A DNA stretch of 63,857 nt, filler included, from Octopus bimaculoides (Eukaryota): assembly GCF_001194135.2 (NCBI RefSeq). It is 7 parts of 6 records of this genome, joined end to end, with 100 filler letters (N's around TTAATTAATTAA, not from the genome) between each part and the next. Parts side by side here need not be neighbours in the genome. Positions count along the whole stretch, not along the records: positions 50,258 to 62,450 come from NC_069004.1; positions 62,551 to 63,857 come from NC_068983.1; 5 more parts are not named here. One strand, written 5' to 3'. This document shows, in pieces, positions 50,158 through 63,630 of this stretch. The notes under the pieces were generated by a model that was not told the origin of the DNA, made no database searches, and saw only the letters and a program-made list of their open reading frames with translations. The first letter of the stretch is position 1; each line of letters begins with the position of its first letter. The position numbers and the translations under genes are program-made.

Positions 50158-51534
50158 NNNNNNNNNNNNNNNNNNNNNNNNNNNNNNNNNNNNNNNNNNN
50201 NTTAATTAATTAANNNNNNNNNNNNNNNNNNNNNNNNNNNNNNNNNNNNNNNNNNNNTCGTCTGTCACGGGAACAAGCATTGAAATATGTTACACTCACA
50301 GACACGTGTGTGCGTGTCTGTATGTGTGTGTGTGTTTGTGCGTTTGTGTGTGTTTGTGCGTTTGTGTGTTCCTGTGTGTGTGTGTGTGTATTTGCAACTG
50401 TGTGTTCCTGTGTGTGTGTATGTGTTTCCGTGTGTATGTGTGTATCCGGGTATGTGTTAATGTAAATGAAATATTAGCTCCATCAGCACCCAAGTCGATG
50501 CCAACACCGCTACCCGTACAATAAATATCACCACCTGTAACAATGATGTTAGCCTACACACACACACTCACACACATCTACACACTCATCCACACACATA
50601 CACACACACGCACACACAACCACACANNNNNNNNNNTACCACCTTAACCGCCGACCAAACCCTGTAGTACCACCTCCATCATCATAATTAACATCATCAT
50701 CATCATCATCATCATCACTGTAGCACACAAACGCCTAACACTCCACCCACACACACCCACGCGCACTTAAACGCTCGCACACACACACACACACGCACAC
50801 GCACAGACATGCACACACAGACATGCACACTCACACACACACGTGTACAAGAACACACATACACACGCACACATTCACATGCCGACGCAAGCGCATGCTC
50901 ACGCACATATACATACACTCACACATATACACACTTACACGCGCGCGCACTCACACGCACGCGCACTCACACGCAAACATCAACAACCGCATCAGCGGCG
51001 CCATGCTGCCATAATACAACCACCATCACCCCATACCCTACTCCTCCATCAACACCACCGCCACCACAAACACACACATAGACCATCACNNNNNNNNNNA
51101 TCTCTCCACCCAACTCCTTCTTGCGCCCCACCCGCAACCCTCGTACAAAATGGATGTCATATGTGTTTGAAGTTCCTGAAATCTAGGACATCATTCTCGG
51201 TTTATAGGTTCACACTCAGGGCCACCATACAATTATTAAGGACGCAATTTCCTGACATTCTTTTTTATTTCAAACACAGGGCTACCGTACACTGATGGGG
51301 ACATCCTACGCCGTTTCGGGCGCTTTTTAGGTTCACACAAAGGAGTTACAACATATTTATGGAGCACATCTTATGCGAAGCATCCTTGGCGGGATTCGAA
51401 CCCTGGGTTTACCGTATTTTCCGGTATACATGTCGATGTAGTATTTTTCTTTTATTGCCCACAAGGGGCTAAACATAGAGGGGACAAACAAGGGATTAAG
51501 TCAATTACATCGACTCCAGTGCGTAACTGGTACA

Positions 51535-51905
51535 GAAACCAAGGCTGCGATTTAAGGACCGTGTCAACTCCCCATTAATGGCCTTTGATATGCAGGCGAC
51601 CGACTGGGAGAGTAGTGCCTGTCATCGTCACGGATGGAGGAAGCAGGATAAGGCGGGGGTCGACACCGTTGAGAGAGCACGTATTCTGCATGAAGAACTT
51701 ACGCGTGCAGCTCGAAAGCGCACTGCTGGTGTAGTGAATGGGGGAAAGCTTGGTTTGTAATGTTTGCAGTCGTGTATGATTGTCAAGAGCAGGGCTCACT
51801 AGCCACCAACGGAGCCGCAAATGCAAAATATAAGTTAGTCCTAGAGCGTACAATGTTCCTGAAAGTCAGTAATGGTCTTCCTCGGTCACGAGTGGACGGC
51901 CATCA
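51535..51905 (+). mobile_element. RTE-clade LINE 3' end
   Basis: KPRLRFKDR...AFDMQATDWESSACHRHGWRK...RAARK, then a degenerate zinc-knuckle-like region and short 3' UTR. Confidence 0.8.
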
Positions 51906-51914
51906 TATATATAT

Positions 51915-52100
51915 ATATACATATACATCTATTTACGATGGGCTTCTTTCAGTTTCCATCTACCATATCTACTCACAAGGTTCTAGCCGGCCCGATACTA
52001 TTACAAAAAATCAGTTTCCCAAAGTGACACAGAATGGGACTGAACCCAGAACCATGTGGTTAGGAAGCAAGCTTCCTACCACACAACCACGCCTGCGCCT
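51915..52100 (-). mobile_element. SINE family B 5' part
   Basis: Reverse complement of the family B head (GGGACTGAACCCAGAACCATGTGGTT...). Confidence 0.8.
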
Positions 52101-52452
52101 ATCTGATGAATATTTCTATAGTTATTCTTTCACTGTACATAGATACATTTTCATCTCATTATAACGACGTAAGTTTCTTTTATGAATCTTTTGTTTTGTA
52201 TGTTATTGGGAGAGAGGACTCTGTTCCCACAGCCGTCGTCCTTGTTACTGTTACTTTGTTGTTGTTGTTGTTGTTGTTGCTGTTGTTCAACTATCTCCTG
52301 GCAGCTAACTCCACGAATCCTAATTTTGCTGACCGAATTCTTCACATCGTTGACTCCTCTTACGAGTTCTTTTTGCATTTTCTAGCAAGAAGCTCAAATT
52401 TCTCCCCTTTTCTTTGTCACTCTCTCTTTCTCATATATATATATCACTCTCT

Positions 52453-52492
<40 letters not shown>

Positions 52493-52502
52493 NNNNNNNN
52501 NN

Positions 52503-52541
<39 letters not shown>

Positions 52542-52879
52542 AGTTACCTGTGAATATCTTTCGCGTTGGCGTTTGACCTTCAAGAAATATCGGACAAATC
52601 TCCCTCAAATTTAATTAAGAAAGAACAAATACAGCTTGGAAAAAAGAGCAAGGTGGCCACGACTAGAACGCCTTTCTTCATACGTCTGCTCAATAGAAAC
52701 AATAATAGCAAAAGGAATCTTTTTTACACGGTCTCCTGACCTCCAAGAAATAGCAACCAAATCTCCCTCAAGTCATACCTGAGCATTTTGAAAAAAACCC
52801 CACAAAATGTGTTATTTTGATCTTATGAAATTTTCATCGTAGCCGATGTATATATATATAGCCGATGTATATATAAATT

Positions 52880-53870
52880 CCAAAGAGTATGTCAATTGGT
52901 CCGTGCACAAGTCAGTCCGAAGAGTACCTCAAGTGTTGTCGGAGTATCCTTACGACCATTTTATAACGTCAAGAAGAGAATGGACATGGGTTGGCAGCGG
53001 CATTTAGAGAAAGTCTGGCAGCGGTGGGGGCCGACAAGAAGCGGAATTAAAACCTCATCAACATCCTTAAGTTCAATATTTCAACGGACCAAACCACATC
53101 CATGAGGAAGCTGGCTTCTGAACTTAAAGTGGACCCCAAAACCATTAGAACACCAAGACACCGAGACACATACTGACAGAACCTATAACGGTCAGGAGAC
53201 TGAAGAGGTGCCAAAAGGTTCTCAAATATCTCAAGAAGAACGGATTCACTGTGAAAATTTTCACTGACGAGATCTTTACAATGGCTGCCACTGTGAACCG
53301 TAGAAACGACCGGTGCATTGCAAAGTCAACAGCTGACGTCAGGAGCACCTTCAGAACAAAACATCCAGCGCAGATCATGGCCTTCGGTGTTGTGGCCTCC
53401 GATAGAAGAAAGATGCACATCTACTTCTACAAGCCCAGAAAAAAATCTGGCTGCTGACGCCTACAACAAGGCGCTGAGGTACCACGTTTTGTTTGGCTCA
53501 AGGCCAACTACCCGGAGAGCAACTATGTGTGGATCCAGGATGGTGCTCACCGCCATACTGCCAAGAAGGTACAGGTTTTCTTCAAATCCAACTTTGCTGT
53601 TTTCTGACCTGTGGACTTCTGGCCCTCTTCCAACCCAGATGTCAACCCTCTGCACTATGCCGTGGAGGGAATTTTGGAGCATGCCACCAACAAAACTTCC
53701 CGCCCCAACATCAACTTTCTGAAGGCTGCCATCAATGAAGAGTGGACCAGAATGTCTGGTGACCTCGTGGTGAAGAGTTGCGCAGAGTTGCGGGTCCGTG
53801 TGGAGGCCATAATTACAAACAATGGGAACGGACAGAATAAATTTTTCGTTTTGTAATTATATGTGCATGC
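52880..53870 (+). mobile_element. Tc1/mariner superfamily DD37D (maT/Bmmar1-like) transposase, decayed
   Basis: GSGG..KKR; SMRKLASELKV; IFTDE; KHPAQIMAFGVVASD; WIQDGAHRHTA; WPSSNPDVNPLHY. There are 37 residues between the second D and the (mutated) third-D position. TIRs not resolved. Confidence 0.9.
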
Positions 53871-54237
53871 TATTAACCTATTTTTAAAGTACTAAATTAC
53901 TAAATTAATNNNNNNNNNNNNNNNNNNNNNNNNNNNNNNNNNNNNNNNNNNNNNNNNNNNNNNNNNNNNNNNNNNNNNNNNNNNNNNNNNNNNNNNNNNN
54001 NNNNNNNNNNNNNNNNNNNNNNNNNNNNNNNNNNNNNNNNNNNNNNNNNNNNNNNNNNNNNNNNNNNNNNNNNNNNNNNNNNNNNNNNNNNNNNNNNNNN
54101 NNNNNNNNNNNNNNNNNNNNNNNNNNNNNNNNNNNNNNNNNNNNNNNNNNNNNNNNNNNNNNNNNNNNNNNNNNNNNNNNNNNNNNNNNNNNNNNNNNNN
54201 NNNNNNNNNNNNNNNNNNNNNNNNNNNNNNNNNNNNA

Positions 54238-54315
54238 AATCATAACGTACAGATAAACGAAATGCCACGAAGCATTTTGCCCGGCGTGCTAACGATTCCG
54301 CCAAATCGCCGCCTT
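54238..54315 (-). mobile_element. SINE family A head (other A copies at 55845-56195 and 59325-59460)
   Basis: Reverse-complement match to GGCGG.GA..TGGC.GAATCGTTAGCACGCCGGG. Confidence 0.8.
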
Positions 54316-54326
54316 AGAACCCGGCC

Positions 54327-54400
<74 letters not shown>

Positions 54401-54943
54401 CAAGGACACAACGCATCACCGAAAATTGAACACACAACCTTACGATTGTAAGCCGATTGCCCTAACCATTAAGCCACGTGCCTTCACTTTTAACGCACAT
54501 GCATGTAATATCACACCAGGGTAATTTGGTTCTGGGTACCAGCTTGACACGAGTCGCATTTATACCAAAGTTCCTCCCTACGATAATCAAATACTATTAC
54601 AAGCAGAACTGATGTATATTTCTTTTATTTCTTTTCTACATTTCAGCCACAAAGCTATGGCCATGCTGGAGCACCGCCAGTAGTATCTTCGACTTTGTTT
54701 ATTTACTTATTACCATTTCGAAGTCTACTATTATCATTAATGTCGTTTTTATTGTTATTGGTGTTGATATTATTGTTGTTATTATTGGTGTTGTTGTGGA
54801 TGACAAGCAATTTACCATAATATCACGTTTAATATTAAAAAAAACAGAAGGCAAAGACCAAAGGTTAAAGGTGTACAGATGTATTTCTCTACCCCCTATC
54901 AGCGTCATTTTGTCCCCTGCACCCGTGTAACATTTCCCCACAG

Positions 54944-55040
54944 CTACCACCGCCCCTACCCCGTTCCTCGTCAGGGCTCGGGGTGCCGCCCATGCTGAGA
55001 ATCCCTTCTCCGATCCCTCAGCCGATTGACCGCCATAACA
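54944..55040 (+). CDS. Candidate 97-nt internal exon encoding a Pro-rich peptide
   Basis: Branch-like GTAAC, acceptor TTTCCCCACAG, one open frame (LPPPLPRSSSGLGVPPMLRIPSPIPQPIDRHN), donor ACA|GTAAGG, GC-rich unique sequence. No homology recognised. Confidence 0.3.
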
Positions 55041-55122
55041 GTAAGGAAGTCGGTCAACATGGCGCATTGTGAACATAGGACGGGACTTCTTTCTTTTTTG
55101 TTCATTTATTTATTTCATCAAT

Positions 55123-55165
<43 letters not shown>

Positions 55166-56374
55166 NNNNNNNNNNNNNNNNNNNNNNNNNNNNNNNNNNN
55201 NNNNNNNNNNNNNNNNNNNNNNNNNNNNNNNNNNNNNNNNNNNNNNNNNNNNNNNNNNNNNNNNNNNNNNNNNNNNNNNNNNNNNNNNNNNNNNNNNNNN
55301 NNNNNNNNNNNNNNNNNNNNNNNNNNNNNNNNNNNNNNNNNNNNNNNNNNNNNNNNNNNNNNNNNNNNNNNNNNNNNNNNNNNNNNNNNNNNNNNNNNNN
55401 NNNNNNNNNNNNNNNNNNNNNNNNNNNNNNNNNNNNNNNNNNNNNNNNNNNNNNNNNNNNNNNNNNNNNNNNNNNNNNNNNNNNNNNNNNNNNNNNNNNN
55501 NNNNNNNNNNNNNNNNNNNNNNNNNNNNNNNNNNNNNNNNNNNNNNNNNNNNNNNNNNNNNNNNNNNNNNNNNNNNNNNNNNNNNNNNNNNNNNNNNNNN
55601 NNNNNNNNNNNNNNNNNNNNNNNNNNNNNNNNNNNNNNNNNNNNNNNNNNNNNNNNNNNNNNNNNNNNNNNNNNNNNNNNNNNNNNNNNNNNNNNNNNNN
55701 NNNNNNNNNNNNNNNNNNNNNNNNNNNNNNNNNNNNNNNNNNNNNNNNNNNNNNNNNNNNNNNNNNNNNNNNNNNNNNNNNNNNNNNNNNNNNNNNNNNN
55801 NNNNNNNNNNNNNNNNNNNNNNNNNNNNNNNNNNNNNNNNNACGCACAGGGGTCGATATAAGCGACTTAATCCGTTTGTCTGTACCTGTTTGTCCCCTCT
55901 GTCTGTAGCCCCTCATGGGCAGTAAAGAAATAAGAAATAAAAAAAAAAGAGGTCTCTTTAAATATCCACCGTCACCCTGCGCAACTGTAATAATTCTTTC
56001 TGTTATAGGCACAAGGGTGGGGATAAGTCGATTATATCGACCTTAGTGTTTCACTGGTACTTAATTTATTGACCCCGAAAGGATGAAAGGCAAAATCGAT
56101 CCCCGGAAGAATACGAACTCAGAACGTAAAGACGGATGAAATGTCGCTAAGCATTTTGTCCGGAGTGCTAACGATTCTGCCAACTCGCCGCCATCTTGAC
56201 AACTGTAATTATGTCGTGGAGTCAGTAACAAGGAATTCTCGTCCCCACCCCACAAAACGAGGGCGAAGATGTGCTTTTAGGGCCCCACTTTAATGAAAAG
56301 GTAAGTTAAGCGACAGGAAATTTCGTTCCCGCTCTACTCAGTAAGAACCTACTAGACAGTGTGTGTGTGTGTGT

Positions 56375-56421
<47 letters not shown>

Positions 56422-57272
56422 NNNNNNNNNNNNNNNNNNNNNNNNNNNNNNNNNNNNNNNNNNNNNNNNNNNNNNNNNNNNNNNNNNNNNNNNNNNNNNN
56501 NNNNNNNNNNNNNNNNNNNNNNNNNNNNNNNNNNNNNNNNNNNNNNNNNNNNNNNNNNNNNNNNNNNNNNNNNNNNNNNNNNNGTGCGTTTACGTCACCG
56601 TAACGTAGCGGTTCGACAAGAAACCGATAAAGTAAGTATCAGGCTTTAAAAAAATAAGTACTGGGAACGATACATACGGCTAAAATTTCAAAGCGGTACC
56701 CCAGTATGGCCGCAATCAAATGACAGAAACAAATAAAAATGAGGGGGCAAAAAGATAAAAGCCAATGACAAATATGTACAACTCACCTCGAGGGAAAAGG
56801 CTACATCCATCCAGTCCTGAAGCAAAACGTCTCCTTTACGTATTTCTCATGCAAAAGCGAAATGCATTATTTCGCATCATTTGGCATCATTTGGTACCAT
56901 TTGGTACCATTTGAAATAATTTAGAAATCGACGAAGACTGTGCAAATTATCTTCAGACACCAACCATTATTTGTAGCTGCGAGAGGATAATCTCTTTAGA
57001 CGATCTTTCCATGAGGCGTCGTGTGGTTACCAGAACGATCTGGAATAAAATAAATGTAATATCAACTGAGGAAGACGAGCATATTGAGATCGATACGTCA
57101 AATTGGTATTGGTGAATATGTGAATAGGGAAATGAAAACAACAACCAGCTGTGTTGACTAAAATGTTGATGACATCAGATACAACAGTTTTATTTACCCC
57201 ACTCTCACGCTCTCTCTTTTTCCGTCTGTCTTTCTATCCCCTGATCTCCCTCTCACTCCTTCCCTCTTTCCA

Positions 57273-57316
<44 letters not shown>

Positions 57317-57564
57317 TTGTCTCTCTCTTGCCCCCCACCCCAGTTCCCTCATAACTCGGTGACCTCATGTTCTATATTCCCGTTCTACGATCGCTAAAGT
57401 ATTTTACTGTCGTTCTCTCGTAGCAACCTAGGTTCCAGGTTGCATGGCTGTTTAAACGTTTTCTAATTAAACATCTAAGTCACCCGACTTCTCGTGACAA
57501 ATAGCAACAAAAACACACACACGCACGCACACACATACACATTAATACGCACATACACACTCAC

Positions 57565-57623
57565 AAACACACTCTACCAAGTAAACACGAGACGAAGAAC
57601 GATGTAATTCGACGGATCGCCAT
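57565..57623 (-). CDS. Candidate first coding exon encoding a signal-peptide-like sequence
   Basis: AAAATGG start context, MAIRRITSFFVSCLLGRVC, donor TT|GTGAGT. No homology recognised. Confidence 0.3.
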
Positions 57624-58909
57624 TTTATGCCTGATTTTAGAAGGAGACAAATAATTAGATAGATTTTGCATCTATACCTATTATCGGATTTTGTTAGGGC
57701 CCCGCTTATGGTAAAGATGTGGATGGGGAAAATGTTGGTAGAGGGTGGTGTGCTAGCACCCTCTCCCCTTACTGTTTTACAAAATAAACAACAACACAAA
57801 TAACTACGCAGAGGCAGCCACGGTTGGAACAAGAACAAGAACAACAAGCATTATTAAAAGTGAAAAGAAGCATGGTCCTTCCTCACCCAAGTGACCTTAT
57901 CTTATCGCCCACCACTTGTCATGCGCTCATAAATTAGTTTGATAATTGAGCTCTGATTGACAGTATGCAAATGAGTTTATAACTGGGGTCCGGAACTCTC
58001 GTGGGAAAAAAATTTCGCGAGCTGCTCCACATCCGTCTACCAATGTGATGGTGTCCAGCTTGCTCTTCCGTGCACCTTGTGTTGGTCATTGAACTCATTC
58101 GGTATTTTAGGTCCCGACATCCACACTGTCGGGCTGCTTCTGCTGCTGCTTCTGCTGCTGCTGCTTCTGCTGCTGCTGGACGTATGACTTGTGGTCGATG
58201 TGGAATTGTAGTAGGTCCCTCACATGCGTCAAGAGCTACATGAACGTTGTCGGCGTTGGGGGAGACCAAACTTGTGATGTTTCTAAGAGTGAAACGAGTT
58301 TAAGAAGTGATCTTATCAGTCACGAGTTGACCTCTACCCTGATGACAACAACAACAGCAACAACAACAACAGAAGTTGCAGCAACAACAAGAATAATACG
58401 CCAATTATACATGTATAGTTGCTGCCATGTTCGAAAGATTACCCAAACCCAAAATAAACCGCATTTCTCTGAAAGATAAATGATATCCTTCTGTAGAATA
58501 GATTAAATGACTTGTTTTGAAGAATATCATAAGCTAGAAATAACAACATGTGTGTTGAAATCTCAATAATTAAAGCGAAGCCGTTTTAAATTAAATAAAA
58601 CCGCAACATGAAAAGTATAGCAAAGAAAACAGGAGAAGATGGAGGGACAAGTTTCTAAGTCGTTGTTTAACCTGCTAGAAATAGCAGCCACACATCCCGC
58701 ACATTACACTTTCTTGGCTGATTTTAAACAAAAGCGTGGATGAGGGAGAGAGGGGAAAAATTAGGTTGTCGGATGAAATTCGTTCGTTTTGTATTTTTTT
58801 TTGTTTTTCTTTTCTTCATTTATTTTAATTCTTTCTCATGCTATATGAATTAATGCGATCATCAATGTAGTATTCTGTTATTCTGCTATTCTTTTGTTTG
58901 TATTCTTTT

Positions 58910-59060
58910 GTTTCCGTCTACCAAATCCACTCACAAGGCTTTGGGCAGCCCGAGGCTATATTAGAAGACACTTGCCCAAGGTGCCACGCATTGGGACTGA
59001 ACCAGGAACCATTTGGTTGGTAAGCACACTACTTACCACACAGCCACTACTGCGCTTATG
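58910..59060 (-). mobile_element. SINE family B 5' part (another at 62770-62910; tails at 18510-18640, 32800-32940, 54630-54700, 56583-56750)
   Basis: Reverse-complement match to the family B head. Confidence 0.85.
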
Positions 59061-60034
59061 AGCTTGTTTTGTTTTATTTTTGTTGTGTTTTTTGTAGCTT
59101 TATTCTTCCTCTACAAATTTTAATCATCGTTTTTGAAATTAGAATTAGTCTTAAACCTTTTCCGACTTACGACGGTGGAATGTTAAGTACAGACAAAGAC
59201 AAAAAAAAAAAAACAAAAAAAAAANNNNNNNNNNAAAAAAAAAAAAAAAAAAAGAATTTATGTGATAACCCAATATATTGAATAACGTACTCTTGGGTAA
59301 TTGTAAAAAAACATACGAGATAGTCGCGGCTGGATCGACTCCGAAAGGATAAAAGGCAAAGTCGACTTCGGTGGAATTTGAAATCAGAACGTAGCGACAA
59401 GCGAAATACCGCCAAGCATTTCGCCGGGCGTGCTAACGATTCTGCCAGCTCGCCACCTAAAAAGTAACAGCAATGACATGTAATAACGGAGTCCTAGATA
59501 GACTTTGCAGCTCTGCTGGGACACCGCCTTGCAAAAGAAAACAAAATGAAAATAGTGTTTGAAATACAATGAAAATGTCGGAAATGTCACAGATAAAAAT
59601 GTTGATTCATTCTGGGTTTGTTTGATCGGGGTTGACCTAGGGTTAAACGAAGACAACAAGGAAGATAATTATTAAATGTGCCAAGAGGATCAAAGTAAAT
59701 AGCAAAGCCTTATATTAGTTAATGTACATAAGTACACACGACGTTACAGCAGGGGCGGACCTTTAGATGTAACCTATTTGGGAAGAGCGTTTTATGCAGC
59801 GGGCGTTTTAAGGCGAGGACTAAATGCATGCGATTGTGAATGTGTGTGTGTGTGTGAAGGTGTTTGTTTGTTTATAGATATATGCTTGTATGTGTGTACG
59901 TATCAGCATGTGTATAAACACACACAAACGTACACACACTCATACACACACATGCACGCAAAAAACATACATACATATATATATATACGCATACACATAT
60001 ATATCTACACACATATACATATATATATAAATAA

Positions 60035-60077
<43 letters not shown>

Positions 60078-60958
60078 NNNNNNNNNNNNNNNNNNNNNNN
60101 NNNNNNNNNNNNNNNNNNNNNNNNNNNNNNNNNNNNNNNNNNNNNNNNNNNNNNNNNNNNNNNNNNNNNNNNNNNNNNNNNNNNNNNNNNNNNNNNNNNN
60201 NNNNNNNNNNNNNNNNNNNNNNNNNNNNNNNNNNNNNNNNNNNNNNNNNNNNNNNNNNNNNNNNNNNNNNNNNNNNNNNNNNNNNNNNNNNNNNNNNNNN
60301 NNNNNNNNNNNNNNNNNNNNNNNNNNNNNNNNNNNNNNNNNNNNGGAAACTGACTGAAAGAAACCCATAGTGTGTGTGTGTGTGTGTGTGCGCGCGCGCG
60401 AGTACTGTTGTTGATTGCAATTAAGAGAAAATAAGTGTATGTAATTCAGACCTGTGTCTGTTTGATTGGTCCACGGAGTTGCACGTTTTTGGTAATCTTG
60501 AGGCTTGCCTAGATACATCTCGGGCAGGTTAAACAGTTCTGCTCAAGAAGACAGCGAACAGATGACACTGTAAAAGAATTTAGCTTTATTAATACCAAAA
60601 ATATAAGTCACAAATTAATGCAGAGGTATAAGATGGCTAAACTAAATCGTGACGGCCTCAAAGAATAATTAGTGCCACGCGCGTGAATATGACTGGGCTC
60701 TACTCTTTGAATTTCATGTACAATCCACGCGACGGGTTTATGGTTAGTCTCGTGGTATGACTGATTATGAAACTTGTAAGGCAGCCAGACGAGTTGAATG
60801 AACAGTTCAAGGATATTCAGAATTGGTCAGAGAAACACAATGATGATACGAACACGAAACATGCGTTGCTATGTGAAATATTTGACAGCTTCTTTTCTCC
60901 TCTTGCGATAATTGGTAAGCAGGCATCAGCAGTTTTGATAGGTTTGTGTGTGAGAAAA

Positions 60959-60995
<37 letters not shown>

Positions 60996-61035
60996 CTGTA
61001 CTGAATGAGTGTGCGNNNNNNNNNNNNNNNNNNNN

Positions 61036-61068
<33 letters not shown>

Positions 61069-61249
61069 TGTTTCAATTGTCTGTGTTGTTTGTTTTTCCT
61101 TCAGCTGCAGTTGGCACCCAGGTCAAGAGATGTTTAAAGAAGGATCAAAATATGTTGTTGTTGTTGTTGTTGTTGTTGGTGATGTTGTTTTTATTCACAC
61201 GTTGCAGAAGAGTAAATACTTGAGAACGACGGAGGAAAGAAGAAGTGTC

Positions 61250-61297
61250 AAAATGTGGAACAGAGAAGATTGTGAGAAAGAGGGAGAGAGAGGGGGG

Positions 61298-61335
<38 letters not shown>

Positions 61336-62050
61336 CAGTGTGTGAATGTATGTACAAGAGAGAGAGAGAGAGAAAGAGTAGAAGTGAGTGAGTTAAGAAA
61401 GAAGGGGAACAGAGAAAGAGAGAGAGGTTGAACGAAGGAGAGAGATTTAGAGAGAGAGAGAGAGAGTGTGTGTGTGTGTGTGTGTGTGTCAAAGAAACAA
61501 GGAAGGAAGGAAGGAAGGAAGGAAGGAAGGAAAAGAAAGAAAGGAGAACAAAGAAGGAGAGGCATTCAGAGAGAGATTGAGAGAAATTTTTAAAAAAAGG
61601 CGAACAGAGAGAGATATTGAGAGATAAAGAGTGGGGGGAGGGAGAGAAGTTGAGAGAAAGACTAAAAGAAAGAGAGAGGAAGTCGTAAGAAAGAGAAATA
61701 CATGGAGAGTGATTGGAGGATAAAGAGCAGAGAGCGAGAGAGAAAGAGAGAGGAGAGAGAGAGAGAGAGAGAGAATGAGAGAAAGCAAAATAAAGGCGAA
61801 GAGATAGAATAAAGGAAAAAGAGAGAAAGGTGAAAGAGAGAGAGAGAGAGAGTGAGATAAAGAGGACAGAGAAAAAGTCGAAGAAAAAAGTCGATAGATC
61901 GATAGAGAGAGAGAAACAGAGAGAGAAAGCGAAATAAAAAGGAAGAGATAGAATGAGAGAGAAAAAGAGAGAGAGCGAAATAAAAAGGAAGAGACAGAAT
62001 GAGAGAGAAAGAGGGAGAGAATGATGAAACAGAGAGAGAGTGAGGAACAC
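61250..62050. repeat. About 800-bp purine-strand (GA/GGAA)n low-complexity tract
   Basis: Almost exclusively A/G on the plus strand, with an internal AGCGAAATAAAAAGGAAGAGA repeat. Confidence 0.9.
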
Positions 62051-62139
62051 GAGTTTTATTTGGACAGGTTTTGTTGGAAGAATATTTTGCACTTTTAAAA
62101 CAAATAAATTCGTTTCTAAAGAATACAATTGATTTAGGG

Positions 62140-62436
62140 CAGCGCTTCTTAAACTATGAAGTGCAATGCTGGGGTCGCGAAAATTCAATTCAAACACTTG
62201 AATTCCAGTTTTTATGTTATTTCACAAACGCACAAATCCTAAGACTACTTTTATTTTGACAAATGATTTAACTACCTGTTTTTTTTTTGTATTTTTTTTT
62301 TGTATATTGTTCAGCAAAAAAAAATAAATGATTTATGTATTTATTTATATGTTTTGTTTCAAATTTAACACCTGGGGTCGCGAAAAGTCTCGTGATGAAA
62401 AATGGGGTGACGAATGGTTAAAAAAAAGAAGCGATG
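62140..62436. mobile_element. hAT-derived MITE
   Basis: TIR CAGCGCTTCTT / AAGAAGCGATG (10 of 11), 8-bp TSD ATTTAGGG / ATTTAGAG, subterminal GGGGTCGCGA repeats. Confidence 0.8.
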
Positions 62437-62550
62437 ATTTAGAGCAATGTNNNNNNNNNNNNNNNNNNNNNNNNNNNNNNNNNNNNNNNNNNNNTTAATT
62501 AATTAANNNNNNNNNNNNNNNNNNNNNNNNNNNNNNNNNNNNNNNNNNNN

Positions 62551-62586
<36 letters not shown>

Positions 62587-63317
62587 AAATAGGTGGACCA
62601 AGAACACACACGAAGACAAAGAGTGTTGCTGAAGAGGTCACAGATATGTGACGAAAGATTTTTGGAGTTAGAATAAGAATAGTGACAAACGAGTAAAGAA
62701 CGAATATATAGTGCCTGTGTTTATTTGGCCCCCAAAAAATAAAGCATGACCGTCCCGATATGCAATACGACGGAGTTCTTTCAGTTTACCAAATCCATCC
62801 AGAAGGTTTGATTAGCCCGAGGCTAGTGTTGAAGACACTTGCCTAAGTTGCTACGCAGGGCAACTGAACCGGGACTCATTTGGTTGAGAGGAAAACTTCT
62901 TACCACATTATTTATAATCCATTCTGCTTATTTCCTGCTCTCCAAAGCTTACACTTGAGACACAGGGCCTTTGAGCAAGGGAAACCCTGTCTACCTGACA
63001 CCAGAGACCTGGTGTAACAGATGTCAGAGGCCCGGCTCTCTTCTGAGTTTGTATGTCTTAACTTCAGGACTATTTTCTGCGAATCACCACATTACTGGGA
63101 CCCTTGACAGGTACTGTCACCCTAAGCCACAGCGAACCTGGAAATTGTGATGTCTAAGACGTAATTTCATACTCTCCGGAACTCTTGAACGTCCAAGCTG
63201 GAAACTCATCGCCAGAGGCGGTTTAAAATCTTACGCAGGACAAACATACCACTATATATTTTAAACATAGTATTGAGATAAAATACCCCAATATATCTTA
63301 AGTATTGTATGAATATT

Positions 63318-63630
63318 ACGTGGCACCCCGACTAGGGTTCCAGTTGATCCGATCAACGGAACAGCAGCTCGTGAAATTAACGTGTGATTGACTGAGCACT
63401 CCACAGACACATGTTCCCTAAACATATTCAGCGGGTATATTCAGCGTGACATAGAGTGTGACATGGCTGGCCCTTTCTAATTCAGGTACAACTCGTTTTT
63501 GCCAGCTGAGTGGACTGGAGTAATGTGAAATAAAGTGTCTTGCTCAAGGACACAACGCGTTGCTGGGAATTGAACTCACGACCTTACGACCGTGAGCCGA
63601 ATGCCCTAACCACTAAGCCACGCACCTAAA
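63318..63630 (-). mobile_element. tRNA-derived SINE family D (different head and core, family C 3' tail)
   Basis: Minus strand: A box TGGCTTAGTGG, B box GAGTTCAATTCC, core GTGTCCTTGAGCAAGACACT, then the AAGGGCCAGCC...GATCAACTGGAACCC tail shared with family C. Confidence 0.9.

Noticed and set aside
51300-51410. B box (minus) followed by GAAAC-GGC-GTA, a possible second SINE-hammerhead
   Set aside because: No CUGANGA (CTAAAAAG instead), no stem II and no A box.
51870-51905. RTE 3' end as partner of the SINE C/D tail
   Set aside because: Only vague similarity, not alignable by eye.
61145-62197. 350-aa Leu/Ser/Phe ORF
   Set aside because: Antisense of a GA-rich low-complexity tract.
62940-63300. 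Unique GC-richer segment, possible exon
   Set aside because: Stops in most frames and no recognisable motif or clear splice pair.
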